Source: Eledone cirrhosa (lineage: Eukaryota). From it: 64,000 bases of DNA. The first letter of the stretch is position 1. The number at the start of each line of letters is the position of its first letter. The position numbers were made by a program, and so were the translations under genes. Of the stretch, positions 25,743-40,373 are shown in pieces. The stretch is taken from assembly GCA_964016885.1 (NCBI GenBank), contig OZ024743.1:151838001-151902000 (forward strand), in the 5' to 3' direction. The notes below the pieces were generated by a model that worked only from the letters and a program-made list of their open reading frames with translations, was not told where the DNA came from and made no database searches.

Positions 25743-28700
25743 ATATATATGTATGTAAGCAGAAATAACAACACATATACTAATGAACATACATTAAACA
25801 CAGAGGGACTGTAAATGATAATAGCAATATTTAGATATAAATATAAATGTACATATCTTTATTGGTCTCATAATTTTTCTCTTTCCCCTTGTGTGTAGCA
25901 ACACGTGGTTGTGTGTTGCTGCTGACTCTAGCAGAGCCCAAGAAAACACGTCTTGCCCTAACAGCCGCTGCTCCCTAATGTATTTTTAATGAAATATACT
26001 CACTCTATTTCAAATAAATAATGGAGAATTTAGTAAGATTTACGAAAATTATTAATTATTTCTTTAAATTAGTAACTTAACATATGGTTCTTATATAACA
26101 TAATGTTGAATGACTTTAATTTAAATAGGCACTCTTTAAAATGGGTGGTTTTGTTCCATAGAACCAGAACCTCTTTAGGCCAGGCTGATATCAAAGTAAC
26201 CAAGGAATTTGTTTAATTATGGTTCATGAAAGCCTAACCTAACATAGTATAGCTATTATGAAGGAGAGCATATATTGGATGATTATAAATGAGGTCAAGA
26301 TATTACAAAAAAAAAAATGCAAGTAGAACATTCATTGTATTAGCAAAAAACAAAACAAAAATAGATACTGTCACAATTGGTCATGTATTAAGATGACTAG
26401 TGAGAAATGTTTTGTTAATTAAGCTTGTGTAACAACAGCAACAATAATTATAATAATGGTTTATAATTTAGAAACAAAGTCAGCAATGAGGAAATTATAT
26501 TATATTGGCCTCAGTATTTGACTGGTACTTTAATTTACTAACCCTAGAAGGATGAAAGACAAAGTTAACCTCAGTGAGATTTGAACTCAGATTGCAATGA
26601 GCCAGAACAAACACTGTAAGGTAAATTGTCTTATTTCTTTTAAATGCAGTATTATATAAGTTAGAAATCTGTATCATCCTCAATCAATTTTACATTATAA
26701 AAGGGTTGGAATGACTCTTTAGATGTGTCAAGGGCATGTCTACATCCCTAGTGCTGGTGTCACAATAAAATGCTCTGGGTAGTACGTGGGGTCATATGTA
26801 AGCGAGTGACAGGGTGCTAGCTCATTTGAGCACTCGGTACCAACCTAGTCTGCTGGGGAAGTGGATGTTAAAACCTGCTGCTGCTGATGATGATGATAAT
26901 GATGATGATGAATGAGGAATTGTATTTGTTCTCAGTTAGAGGAGTTGTGTGTCTAAAAATATAATGGGTTCTGCAAGTATAGAAGAGAAAGCTTTCACAG
27001 GAGGAAAGTGTAGTAATTGTATTTAAAGATAACTTATTTTTATATGACTTCTTTTTACAATTAATTCTGGTAATTCTTATATGTTTTTAATATCTCTCAT
27101 TTGAGATAATCATTAAATCAAACGTACATCTTTCACCACAATACAATCTGTATTGAATTTCTATTTACTTGATTTATACAAGAAGTTATTGCAAATATAA
27201 TGTAATTTATAGCGAATCCTGATTATCACTTTATTGATTGTTGTATTGTCTGGTCCTAGGTTAGCCTTGAATGAGCAAACCTATGATTAATAGTATTCCA
27301 GTCATGATCATCCCATTTTTCCTTTTGATAATGCATCTAAGACATCATCATCCTTCATTGTAGGGGGCAACTTAAAGGCAAATTTAGCAGCTATTTCTAG
27401 CATGTTCACCAACCATGTGTGAGCTCTCTTTATTCATTTGTTAAATTCAGCTGCACTTATAAGTTCATCCCTTCTTCAAGACAATATTGAAAAGAACATT
27501 TTCTCAATGTCACAATCATTTCACCTACAATAATTCCTCAAACCACTATTTATTAGCTTTTATCATAGTCTTGTGTCGACTTAAGCTTGGGAGTAAAATT
27601 AGGTAGACTGAAACTGTTTGAAAAATTATCAGATGGACTGTACTTGTAACTCAAAGGCCAGCCTTTCCACACATTGTGTTATGCTGATTATTTAGGTTAA
27701 ATGTACATGTGTCTCTGGGTTGTTCAATTATTTCCACATTAATTTCACGAACAAGCCATTGCATTGACAAGCAAATTGGAATGCTCACCATTGAAACCAA
27801 TATAGGAACATTTACCTTATATTTACTGATATTCATTAAGGAGCATCATGTAGAAATGTATGGCTTCCTTTTACTATGTGTTTGTAATTGGAAACAAAAG
27901 AACAAGTAGTTAGTTATTTGGATTAAATTAATTATTTAACATTAATTTATGTTAACAAATAAATCAAAAATATATTCAAAAGAATAATTATTTCAGCTCC
28001 TGACAACAGATTAAATATATTCTTTCCTAAAAGGATTGTTCTAATTTTTGGAAAATTAATTTTAAAACATTGCCCTTTTTTTCTAAATATTGATATGAAC
28101 TAAAACCATTTGATTAGGTTTTGTCAATAAAACAAAACAAAAAAGTGATTACGTATAAACCATTTATTATACAGAATAACCAGTTGCAAGTGAAAACAAT
28201 CAAGTTCAACTTTAGTACCTGTATTAGTGGAATAACTTAAGGTGTCTTTTGAATAAGTTGATAAACAGCTAACATTCAAATGGAAGAACTGAAATAGTAC
28301 AAGACTATTAAAATTATCAGAGAAATCATACTTTCAATTAGGTCTTTTCCTTCTGTCAGTCAACTATTTGATTTGCCTCAATACACATTCTTTTCACACA
28401 ATATTCCTAAACCATTACCATTTTTGTTTTATTTTCAATTCCCTATTGATTTCTTCTCAGTATCTAATAATCTGATCTATTCACTTTTAACTGGCTGTGA
28501 GCTCTCTCTATAGAGCAAGTTAACTTGCTGCTCAAGTTATTGTCAAGGATATTTTAAAATACATTGTTAAATGCAGAACACATTATCTTTGATTTCTGAA
28601 AGCTGTTTAGATTCCCAGTTGAAAAGAAGTTAATTTCTGCAATGCATTTAATGATTTATTTATAACCCACAAAACTTCCAGCAAGTAAACTATTACTTTC

Positions 28701-30217
28701 AATAATGAATTCTGAATAGAAACAAAGAAGATTAAAATAGTGATTTAGAAAACTTGCTAAATTGATGTGAGGACACTTTACTCTCAAACAGAAACTTAAA
28801 ATAGATGAGCATATTTGAATAATGATAATAGGTTATGGGTGTCAACAGAAAACATATTTACTTAACATTTTGTTTGACTCAACAGTAACTATAAGATATG
28901 TAACTCTATTTATTATCTCTTATTTTGCTACAAATTTCTCTCAGAATATATTTTGGCTATTTCAGAAAGTTGCAATTGGATGCTAATCTAATATAATGAA
29001 AGGTTCACAGTTTCAAGCTGTTATCTTTGGTATATTGCCAACTGGAACAGAAGGAAAGAGTTCTTGATCAAAAACCATTCTCTGAGGTTAGAATATCTAG
29101 CAATATGAGCAATAGAGATAACTGAAAAACCAAAGTAGCAAGTATGGGTGCAAGATAGACAAATACTATTATATAATACTATATAGATAGGGAAATAAAA
29201 TATATTAGCTCACTAGATATATGCCAAAGATCAATAGTGAGCAACGAATAACACCAACTAAGTTCAAGAGATTATTTAGAGTATTAAAGATGTTCAGGAA
29301 ACAAGATATATAACTTTGTCGTTCAAACTTTATTTCACAGAGCCAAAACTTATAATATGAGAAATTCTTCAAAATAAAATTGCATTTTCTTCACTAAGAA
29401 TTCTTTAATATTGCTTGATTATTTTATAAAAATAAAAAAAAATCATATATATAATAACTAATTTATTTTCATACAAAATATAAATTCAATAATAAACCAA
29501 AAAAATTTCACATCAAAATACATAAAATGAATACTTTCAAAATTGTTAAAAAGACAATTTTTACTGACAAGGTGCTTGAACATTTTTGCTGAAATTTTAA
29601 GCAGGTTTCCTGGATAAACAATCCTTCCACATACTATCTAAACATTTTTTGCACATCATGTTTTCCATATTATCTTCTATATCTTATCTTCAAGAATAAG
29701 ACAGAAATGTATTAAAGAAATGTTTGCCAGTCAGTTGAAATGATTACGTTAACAACATTTCAACAACATTTTAGAGTACTTATCACAAAAATGGGTGTAA
29801 CTTGTTTGAATAATAAGATTAATTAAACTGGCTGCACTTAGAAAGTAGATAATGTATAAATTATCTTCAATTTTATTTTATATAACTTATTTCAGAAAAG
29901 TGGAAGTAGTGAACAGCTTTTATATTCTATATTTGTGTTGCACCACTAGAAGACCACAAATGTCTTTTGAATTATATAGTCTTTCACTAAATATGCAGAA
30001 ACAGAATCATATATAAAAACTCTAAAGTGGTAAAATAACTAATAAAAGAGGTGGGGTGCATTTCGTTTAGTTATTAATGCAATAATAATTCCTGAAACCA
30101 TTTGTTTTACAAGAAAAAGAATAATTTCACTTTGAATATAACATGGGCTACACATTAATAAACCATATATAACACTAATCACTGCAGTATTAATTAGATA
30201 GAGGATATGAACTACCT

Positions 30218-30645
30218 TCATCATTATCATCATCATTTAGCCTCCATTTTCCATACTTCCACATTATGAGACAAATCAGGTCCAGGGACCACATTGTGCT
30301 TGGTTTCTACAGCTGGATGCCCTTCCTAACATCAACCACATTACAATCTTCGTAGGTCCTCTGCACACATTAACCAGATCTCACTTCCATGCAGCATTGT
30401 TGTTCATAAACAAACTTCATACAGTCTGCCTTTCATATTGATGGAAAAACCTTTTATAACTATCAGTGGTAGTAGCTCCCTGAAATATTTTCATCCCATT
30501 CTCACCTTGCCTACTATACTTTCAGAACACCCACTGCCACTGCTAATTTGGTCACCTAGGTAACCAAAATTATCAAGTATTTTTACGGAGCTATCCTGTG
30601 AGTTCTGGCTACTTACTGCTCCTGTGTTTCAACTACATATAAAAC
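30218..30645 (-). mobile_element. Degraded RTE fragment plus SINE module
   Basis: YLGDQISSG remnant; ggatgcccttcctaac motif; (cat)n. Confidence 0.7.
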
Positions 30646-33600
30646 CTATATTTTTTGCTTGCCTGCCTGAGATCCCACTACATCTCTTGTGTACCCATAG
30701 TTTACATTTGGGACATAGGTAGGAAATTTCTTTATGGTGAGGAAATTATAAAGAGAAGATGGTGTGCATGTGTGTTTCTTTGTGTATACATATAGCCCTG
30801 TATAACAACAACAATAATAATAACAAAACAAAAATAAGTTCTTTATTCAAGAAAACTATGTAAAGTATATAGCATGAGATACAAGAGATATTATCTCATC
30901 TACCGACACAATTCACCCTAACTCAATCAACTTGGACATGGCACAATACTATTTATCTTTGAGGTTAGATAAGACAGAAAGCTTTCTTTCGAAGTAATTA
31001 ACTATGGCTTAAATTTAAAGGAATGAATACAATAATGACACTATTAAAATTAAGTAGATGTATGAGAAATATCGGAGAGGTATATGAAGTCTATTGATAG
31101 ATGGATATAATTATAGACGATGGATATTATAACTCTCACTCAATCTAATACACACAGAAAATTTTACAAAACAATACAAGATATAAATATGTAGTCATTG
31201 CCTTAACTTTACTAAAATAGCAAAGGAAATTAAATACAAATTATCAATTTCAGCAGAAATGAATCTAATAAGATAAGGATTAGCAGCAGATTCAGAGAAG
31301 AACTCGGTGATGAGGTAGGTGTTCCCCAATACTCTGTCGTCTGCCCATTATGTCAGCTATACTAGAGCTGACCTGGGGGCTAAAAGCAACAACACCAATA
31401 ATGACAATGATGGCAGCTGCAGCATTGACAAAGACAATAGCAACAGGTTTCCTTTCCATGTAAAATTTAGATTGTATAGTGTATGTGAAAAGGGTATAAT
31501 GCTGCATAGCAGTGAAATATGAACAGGGTGAGATTTAGCTTTGATATATTTAAAGTTACAGAACCCAAAATTAAGAACCATCAGCCATAAGGATCATTGT
31601 GGTTATTCATATTACTAATATTATTAATGATTGCAATTTTATTATTGAAATACTTCTGCAGCAATACATCATTGCCAGCATTCCATTTGTTGTAAAGAAT
31701 TTACTTGGATTCCATATATCTACATTGCCAAAGCAATCTCAATGGCTTGAATATCAACCTGGCAATATTATTTCAATGAATGCTGGTTTACTTCATGGAG
31801 TCAAAGCTAGAGAAATCTTGAAAATATGATGTATGCTTCAGCATAGTGATTTTATACTCAGTCAGAAATTGTAGAATTAACAACACTATAAACTGGATTG
31901 ATATAATGCAGGAGGAATCATAAACCAAATTTATATAACTCAGATTAATAACAAATGATCTAAACTAAACATTTTAGCATCTGTGAAATTCTATTTACAA
32001 CATAAACAAGTATTCCAATAATTAGATGTTCTTATAACCATTAGATATGGTTGTATGGTTAAGACATTTACTTCAAAATCATGTGATTGTAGGCCTAATG
32101 TCATTGCATAACAGAGGTCAAACCAGACATTATCTGATAAAGCCTGACAATGTGTAGGTCTGAACATAGCTGCCATTTTCCAAAGAGAGAAAGGGGTGAG
32201 ATTGAAGCTCAGTATAGGACTGAAAGAATAAAAGGTAAAGTTGACCTTAATGGGATTTGGTTTCAGAGTGCAGATAGCTGGAACAAATGCCATAAAGCAT
32301 TTTATCTGATTCTTAACATCTCTGCCAATTCACTGACTGAAGTGACTGCATTCATTCAAAGTCTTCAACAAACTGACTAAAAGGCACTTCACTGTGATAC
32401 TGTGAGCAAAATTTGAACTTATGACCTAATAATTGTTTCTACAAACAATTTGAAGGGAAGTCAATTAAATTGACTACAGTGTATTACTGGTTCTTTATTT
32501 TATCGATCCTATAAGGATGAAAAGCAAAGCTAACTTTGGCTGGACTTGAACTTGGAATGTAAATGGCTGTAACTATATGCCACAAAGAATGTTGTCTGAC
32601 ACTCTACCAATACTGCCAATTCAAATAAGAAGCAATAACATTTTTATGGGAAGATTTTAAAATAAAAAATAGGTTATTTAAGAAGTAGTTTTAAAATATA
32701 TGAATTTTCATAAGAACAAACTACAATGATCATATCCAACTTGGTATTTATAAAATATTTCAAATCATTTCAAGAGGAGGAAAAATTTATAACAATCTCA
32801 AATATTGAATATTGGGTATAAAGCAAACTAAGAATATATATATCAATATAAGTATAAACATCTTAATAGAATCAATTCAATAAAGGAAAACTTTTCTGTG
32901 TGCTCTCAGTCACCCATATACTTTATATATCTATCTAATTATATTTATAAGCATTGGAAATAGTTGATATTTCTTAGAGCATGAAACCCAGACACAGCTT
33001 AAGAATAAAATTACATTTGTTTTTCAATATTCTAATCATTATGATAGATTTTACAACAGAAAACATCAAATTTGATGTTGTTTGAATGCAATAATTGTAA
33101 TCATTCAAAGAATGCTGCTAAAATAAGAATCCCCACAAAATTCTTAACTGCATTGTTTATAAAGACATTGGAACCAGATAGCTCATTACATACTTTGATA
33201 TTTATTTATAAACACTCACCCTAAAGCAAGAAAAATTTGATATGGTTCCAAATAAAACAATGCTGGTATCTCTTTATTCAACCAGATGAAAGTAAATAGC
33301 ATTTATATATGAAAGCAAGTAGTCCAGTATACATACATACTATTATTAAGCTGAGCAACTCTGTGTGTGTGTGTATGTGTGTGCACGTGTGTGTGTGTGT
33401 ATATCATCCTTATTAATTCAATATTCAGTTGTTCAGTCTGATTTTTATTGGAGTAGTTTTCATAACAGCACCCTACCCCCTAGTTATTTATATCTTTATG
33501 ACACCTACTAGGTTGAAATTTCTGAAGTCTAACATGGCTATCTCATTAATGTTTTATTTACTTTACCTCTTCTCAGTGCATTATTCTCTGTTTACAACAC

Positions 33601-34849
33601 ACAAGCTGCTAGTTTACCTTCTTCACCACTAACATTTCACTAGCATATGTCTCACATCTAACAAATACTTTTTACAAAAGTTCACAGAAACTTCTAGAAA
33701 TAGTAGCAAAATGTCCTTCAAATTAGATCCTACCATTTAAAAAAAGGAAGGACACATTGGAAATGTAGTCATCAATACATTATATTTGGAAATGAGGTGG
33801 GGGTAGATATGGCCACAATATGTTTTTCCATAGGTTTGCCTAATTTTGGAATTAAACAACATTAAATAACATTATATGCTGTATAATGAAAATATATTTG
33901 TTACCAGCAAATGTAGAGGTTCCCTGCATAACTTCCGTTAATGTCCTATCAATCTATATTTATATCAATGATGTACTGGGATATTCTTGACTCTATTAAC
34001 AGATTTCTTAAGTAAGAAAACTTATTCACTCCCTACATAGTATCAGAACAATTCATAAACCTTACTTGTTATTTACTATAAATCAGAAAATTTACATGCT
34101 GACAGTGGTTAAGCTCACATTAATTTTGGTGATAATAAGGGACTAGAATATAGGTTTTATCAATTGAACTGTGTTCTGAATAAACACTAATAAATTTAAT
34201 TAGTTTGATAATAATGTTTAATTCTACAATCCTTTATCCTTTAAACTGTTTTCTTGCAAACCTGATATAGGATGTAGTCACATAATAGAAAAGTTTTACT
34301 ATTGCAATCCATGAAGGCCAATTTAGATCATTGACATGGTGCTTTCACTTCAACTCTATATGATACAGGTTTTTATCTGCACAATGACACAACTTGTTTG
34401 TTCACTAATACCAAAAAAAAAGAAAAAGAAAAAAAGATTAAATGTCTATATAAAATAATAAATCAATGAACTAGACATGTATCTTGTACAAATAACTGAT
34501 GTGATTGGATTGTTTCAAATCACATAGCTATTGCATAACGACATTACTTTTATAGAACACTGACCTAAAATGTTTACTCAGTTATTATAACATATGGACA
34601 GTACCAAAATATTATATTTAGTCACACTCCAGATATGTTTATCAAAGCTATGGTCTTTAGAAGCACAATGAAACATTTAGAAGTAAGTCAGTAGTTTTCT
34701 TATAGGAAAGATATGAAGGATTTGTCTTGATGGAAGATACTTATCCTGGAAGCAAGTATAAAATAGTATTTCACAGGATTTTTGTTTTCAAATAACATGT
34801 GGTTTCTAGTCGGTTTCATAACAGGTTGATGGTTCTTCTGGGTGGGTTG

Positions 34850-34973
34850 TTGGATCTCCACAGAATAGTCAGATGAAGGAGATCGGCCCTACCAGGAGCA
34901 AAGCTCCAGACAGTAATGCTCTCTCAGATTTACGGAACACACAAGCCCCCCTCGCCACAACAAAGCCAGACAC
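34850..34973 (-). mobile_element. Probable 5' end of an Expander/Rex3-type RTE
   Basis: ttgttgtggcgaggggggcttgtgtg..ctcctggtaggg resembles RTE 5' UTRs as recalled; not database-checked. Confidence 0.55.
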
Positions 34974-35889
34974 ATATATGGATGTTTTTTACGCTTTCTG
35001 GTTCTAGAAACAGACAATGAAATTGGAGGTGAGGAGGCTAAAAGAATTATTAGTAAAATATAAAATTTCCCGATGATTAAAATAACCCAACACTCCAATA
35101 TTCTTCAGAAATATGCTAAACCTATATTTTGAATACATTAACACCTAGTTTAGATTCTGCTTCAACATAGATCAGATTCTTATCAAAACTCTGTAAGCAA
35201 AAGCCACCAAACTGCTTACATTAAAGGACCTGTTTAACAAGTTCAGACATATAGGGATTGATTTACTTTGCAAGAGAGATGGAGAGAAGATAGGGAGAGA
35301 GAAGAGAGGGATAGAGAGAGAGAGGGAAGGAGAGGGAGAGAGGGGGGAATATAAGGAGGAAACTCAGCTTCACCAAACAAAATATTTTGGCTATTCACAT
35401 AAACAATTCAACAAGTTAAAAAGGGAGAAAAACTTTATGAATAAGATCAATATTAATTGGAACATAATAATTGGAATGAATAAGATTAATATTAAAAGGA
35501 ACATCCAACCAATTCATGAATATGTGTTTTGCAAACTTGTATTAAATTTGAACTGCCTTTTAATGATTAGGAAGGACCTATTACAAATTAGCCAACATTT
35601 AAAAATTTTGCCTATCAGTTATTATAAAAATTGTAAAGTACAAACTCCATTTTTATTTCATAATTTTAATATTAATTGACTGATATTTCCATAAACAATT
35701 TTCATTGTTTTTGCCTCAGCACAGGTGTTAGCATAGCAATAACTAATTTAAATAAAATTTTATGTATATTTCATACAAAATACTTCATAATGTTCAAATA
35801 TTGGAAATATAAATTAAAATTATAATGATTGTAAAATTTATTAGTAAGAAAATCTTCTTCTTCTCCTCCTCCTCCTCCCCCTCCTCCCC

Positions 35890-36920
35890 ATTATTATTAT
35901 TATTATTACTATTTTTCACCCATATATTCTCGGGTAGGTCATGGAGGCAGAGTAATTCCAATGGGTCCTGTCAGAAGTAACTATCTCCAATTGATCCAGC
36001 TGGATCCCCAGGCAAGATAAGCCAAGCTTATGGATGTTATCCAACCATCTTGCACGGGGTCTGCCCCCAGGTCTTCTGCTTTTACTAGGGAAATCTGTCC
36101 AGTGATTCTTTCCCGAGGCATGTGTCCATAATATCAGAGCTATGATTCTCTCAATTTGGAGAAGTAACGGCTATACCAGGAGTGACTCTCTGATCTTCGA
36201 GCTATGCACTCTATTGAGTAACAATACTCCAAAAACCCTTTGGAAGAACCCTATATTGACAGCTTGTATTCGTGATTCTATTCTTTTGATCATTTCCCAA
36301 GATTCATGACCAGAGGTAATAGTTGACATGAATACCAATTTGAAGATAGTGAGTTTATCTTTTACACCAACCTCCCTTCTTCTGATGTTCAAATGCTGAA
36401 GTTGGCACATTACTGAACCAGCCCCTGAAATTACTTGAACTTCTCCATCTGTTTCAGTGGAAGTCTACTCACATGTAAAGTGCATTGTGCAGGCTTCCTT
36501 GAGAGAATGAGTGCCTCACTTTTCGCAGCATTGATTTTCATTACTGCTCTGCAGCATTCAACATCAAAATTATCAAGTGTATATCTGAGATCACCTTCTG
36601 ATGTGTTAAGTAGTACCATGTCATCTGCAAATTCCAGCTGACTGATGCTACACATGCCAATCTTGATACAACTTCCAGCCTGGCTGCGCATGTCAATTCT
36701 GTCCATGAAGATTATGAACAGGAGAGGTGACAGTGTGCACTATTGGCAGAGTATGACATCCACTTAGTACCATCTATTCAAACACAAATACTTAGGCATT
36801 CGTACAAAGACATTAGGGCAAAAAGAATCTGTTCAGTGATCTAATACACCTGCAGAACCTTCTGCAACAAGTCCCATGGAACATGCTCATATGCCTATTC
36901 GAGGTCTATAAAAGAAGAAT
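35890..36920 (-). mobile_element. Degraded RTE LINE (family C, Expander-like): RT and 3' end
   Basis: LEFADDMVL, LSPLLFIIFMDRI, LLQIERI, GRPRARW; related pieces at 5050-5200 and 63165-63470. Confidence 0.85.
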
Positions 36921-38241
36921 ATACCTCTTAGCAATACTCCCATGATTTTTAATATAACCAATGACCTATTATAATAGGTCAACTTCAGTTTCATTGCATT
37001 TCCAAAGGCAAAAGTGATAAAGGAGTCTCTGTGCAACACATACAGAATAAATACTATTTGTTTGACACATTGTTTTATTGCTGACATAGACACAAGCACC
37101 TGCACAACTTCCCATCACCAAATCACACTTATATGGCATTAATCAACCAAGATTATGGTAGAAAAAATTTGCCTAAGTTACCGTACAGTAGGATCAAATA
37201 TGAATACATATGGTTGTAAAGTGAAATTATCTTTAGAACAGCAAGGCCGTCAACTATTTTAAGAGCCACCGAGACTGGTATGAGGGAGGGAGGAGAGTAT
37301 CTTTAATCCGGAGGACTTGGTTCAAATATTTGCAACAGTGTGGACTATGCTAAAAGCACTGATGGCCCAGGTGATGGCATCAAACCAAGCAACAAATTCA
37401 AGTCTACCACCTAAACCGTACAGCCATGTCTGCACCCATATACAAGAAATTAATGATACGAGTTTAAATCATAATTTTAATACAGGAAATGGTAAAAAAT
37501 ATAAAACATTGCAAAAATGTTTGCAAATGATTCACTGGTAAAAAGATTTCATTTGTTGTTGCCAAAAAATGGTAATACTCAACCAATCATTTGACTGGTT
37601 TTTATTCATACAAAATATACCATTTTTCATAAATTTATTCAACCATAAATCTGCAATTTACTTTTTATAATCTTTACAATAAAAAATCATTTCTGAATTT
37701 CACATGACCACACATTTCAAGAGATCTACCACAACAATTCTGTATATTTTATCTACCCCAGGAAGATAAAATAAAAGTTTCAACTCTTGCACAATATGAA
37801 CTCATAAAGGAAAAATACTAAATACTGAAATACATTTTAGTTCAGTTCTTCATCATTTCTGGCACAACACTATTAAATATTGACAGTAATTTCAATGATT
37901 AATAATTACTGGATTGCATTATTTATGTGATTGTGAAAATGTTTGTGACTAATTAAATTTGAAAAAATATTGTTACTCCTAGAATGGTTAGAAATTTATC
38001 TTTAAAATAATTGATTTGAAAATATATATACCGAAAGAACCCAATTAAAAATTTTTTTTTATTGCATAGTTGAAAGTGGTAGCAGCACCCGTAACTTTTT
38101 TAAGGGCTTTGGTCAACTTTAAACTTTAGTTAAAGACACTTGCCCAAGGTGCCACACATTGGAATTGAACTCAAGACCATGTAATTGTGAAAGGAATGTC
38201 TTCAATACACAACCACATCTGTACACAAGATACAAGTAATA

Positions 38242-38570
38242 CAATAGAACCTCAGTTCATGAATGCCTTTCATCCTGAACAAATCAGTGCACAAACAATT
38301 TTTCCAAACATAAAACATCTTGGTTGACGAATGGTGTCTCAAGTAATGAACAAGCAAACTGGCAAAATGGTTGGCAAAAAGCTTATAGTAACGACAGGAA
38401 AGTGTAACTTGCCATGTAGTTAGTTACTATGGGGATATCTATCTGTCTTTCACACACAGTCTCTCTCTCTCACAACATTTCGTGTGAGAAAAATAGTTTT
38501 AGTTTTCAAACATTTCAGGTGACAAACGACTTTCAGGAACAAATTAAGTTTGTGGACCGAGGTTCCACTG
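38242..38570. mobile_element. Tigger/pogo-like MITE
   Basis: TIRs CAATAGAACCTCAGTTCATGAA / TTTGTGGACCGAGGTTCCACTG; TA on both sides. Confidence 0.75.
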
Positions 38571-38770
38571 TATAAGGAAAATTAAAACCAGACAAACCTA
38601 AATCAATGTGAGAGACCAATTTCAGAGTCTGATATATGGTAAGAAATATGACTATATTTTACAATCATTAAATTTTCCCTGTGGAAAGACGTATGAGAAA
38701 TTAGATATTTAAATGATATTCATGACTTGAAGAAATAACTAAATGTATTAAGAATAAAATAAAAACTTAC

Positions 38771-38984
38771 CATTGTACCACTGAGAATGGATGATTGTCA
38801 ATCCTGAACCACAGCAGTTCTCCTCTGGTATACTCTCCATTGTTTAAGTTGGTCATATCCCAGAGCAAACACCAGTAAATCCAGAATTTTGTTAGGGGCA
38901 TGTAAACTTCATACCCAGTTTTTTTTTTTTCACTGTTTTTGTAGCTTCAGTTTACAAACAGTCAATCACACCTTCCACCTTAGC
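38771..38984 (-). CDS. Probable start-codon exon: 5' UTR then MESIPEENCCGSGLTIIHSQWYN (ATG at 38840); alternative frame MTNLNNGEYTRGELLWFRIDNHPFSVVQ
   Basis: Strong acceptor ttattttcttttttcctttCAG and donor ATG|GTAAGT; 5' part closed in all frames; acaATGG context. Confidence 0.65.
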
Positions 38985-39147
38985 CTGAAAGGAAAAAAGA
39001 AAATAACAGAATAATTTAAGTGTCTAAAGGAAAAAGACAAATTAAATAATTTCAAAGTAGAAAATGTGAAACTTTCCTCTGACGAAAAGGAAAATGTTGC
39101 TAAATATCAGTATTCAGTTTTGTTCACACCCACACACATACACTCAT

Positions 39148-39177
<30 letters not shown>

Positions 39178-39181
<4 letters not shown>

Positions 39182-39387
39182 AAGTAAGTATGTTTTGAAA
39201 CAGTGAGCAGGTTTGAAATTAGAAAATAGAATAGCTTTCACCGTATTTTTGACTAAAGGAATTTTAGCCTGATAATGGGGTTTAGAACCCTCAGATAAAT
39301 GGAAAAAGATGAGTATTGACGTACATGGGAGTCGAACCCACATCTTTGGTTATCGCGACCACTGTGCTACCATTACACCAACACATC
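39178..39387 (-). mobile_element. tRNA-headed SINE-like element; 71-nt cloverleaf at 39317-39387
   Basis: A box TGGTGTAATGG, B box GGTTCGACTCC; non-canonical anticodon loop. Confidence 0.75.
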
Positions 39388-39558
39388 ATATATATATATT
39401 TATTAAAATAACAGATTAAAGTTTAAGCAAAGAATTGCTGCTTTCACCCTTAACGAGATCTTCTGAAACTAAAAAAGTCAATCTGTGAATGCAGAAGTAA
39501 ATATTTCGAAAAACGTTGCAACCGAAGGAAAACAGGACGACGATACTTTGGTTTGTAT

Positions 39559-39815
39559 AGACGTTCCCTGGCAATGAACGAAAAAAAAGCGAAGGTAATA
39601 TGACATTATGTGGAGCGGTGAGAACAATTACACGCAAAGACAAAACCACGTTTAAGGTATAAATGAAGTCGTAGACTAATATTCTATTTAGGTGGTTCGT
39701 GGAGACGCTCCCTGGCAATGAACAGAAAAAAGCGAAGATAATGCGTCATTATGTGGAGCGATGAGAACAATTACACGCAAAGACAAAACCATGTTTATGG
39801 TATAAATGAAGTCGT
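39559..39815 (+). repeat. Direct duplication of ~113 bp, period ~145 bp
   Basis: agacgttccctggcaatgaac...aaatgaagtcgt occurs twice. Confidence 0.9.
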
Positions 39816-39889
39816 GGTTCTTATATATTTGATATATATTTATCCTTATCGAGCCCTCTTTAGATTTTAGTCTTCAAATTTATTATTAT

Positions 39890-39933
<44 letters not shown>

Positions 39934-39936
<3 letters not shown>

Positions 39937-40064
39937 AGTATGTTTTGAAACAGTGAGCGAGTTTGAAATTAGAAATATAAGCTTTCACAGTATGATAGAC
40001 AAAAATACGGTGAAAGCTTATATTTCTAATTTCAAACTCACTCACTGTTTCAAAACATACTTAC
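39934..40064. repeat. Palindrome with 60-bp arms made of the SINE tail
   Basis: 39934-39993 vs 40005-40064. Confidence 0.92.
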
Positions 40065-40118
40065 TTGTCATTTACTTGCTAAGAATGTAGCTTCTAATTT
40101 GAATAGAAGGAGATGGGT

Positions 40119-40261
40119 GATGTGTAATGGTAGCACAGTGGTCTGGATAACCAAAGATGTGGGTTTGACTCCCATGTACGTCAATACTCATCTTTTCCAT
40201 TTCTCTGAGGGTTCTATCAGGCTAAAAATTTCTTTAGTCAAAAATACGGTGAAAGCTTATA

Positions 40262-40269
<8 letters not shown>
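40119..40269 (+). mobile_element. Second, inverted copy of the tRNA-headed element
   Basis: Matches the reverse complement of 39220-39387 with small deletions. Confidence 0.8.
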
Positions 40270-40323
<54 letters not shown>

Positions 40324-40373
40324 CGTTTTTGAAATTGTTTTGCAAGATTTCTTATCTGAAAACGTGTGTTGAA

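Noticed and set aside
34262-34404. Exon after a strong polypyrimidine tract
   Set aside because: Stops in all frames; weak donor
39068-39095. Hammerhead from GAAAC and CTGACGA
   Set aside because: Required stems cannot be formed
39317-39387. Functional tRNA gene
   Set aside because: Anticodon loop CGCGATA lacks U33 and purine 37, differs in the second copy, and is attached to a repeat tail
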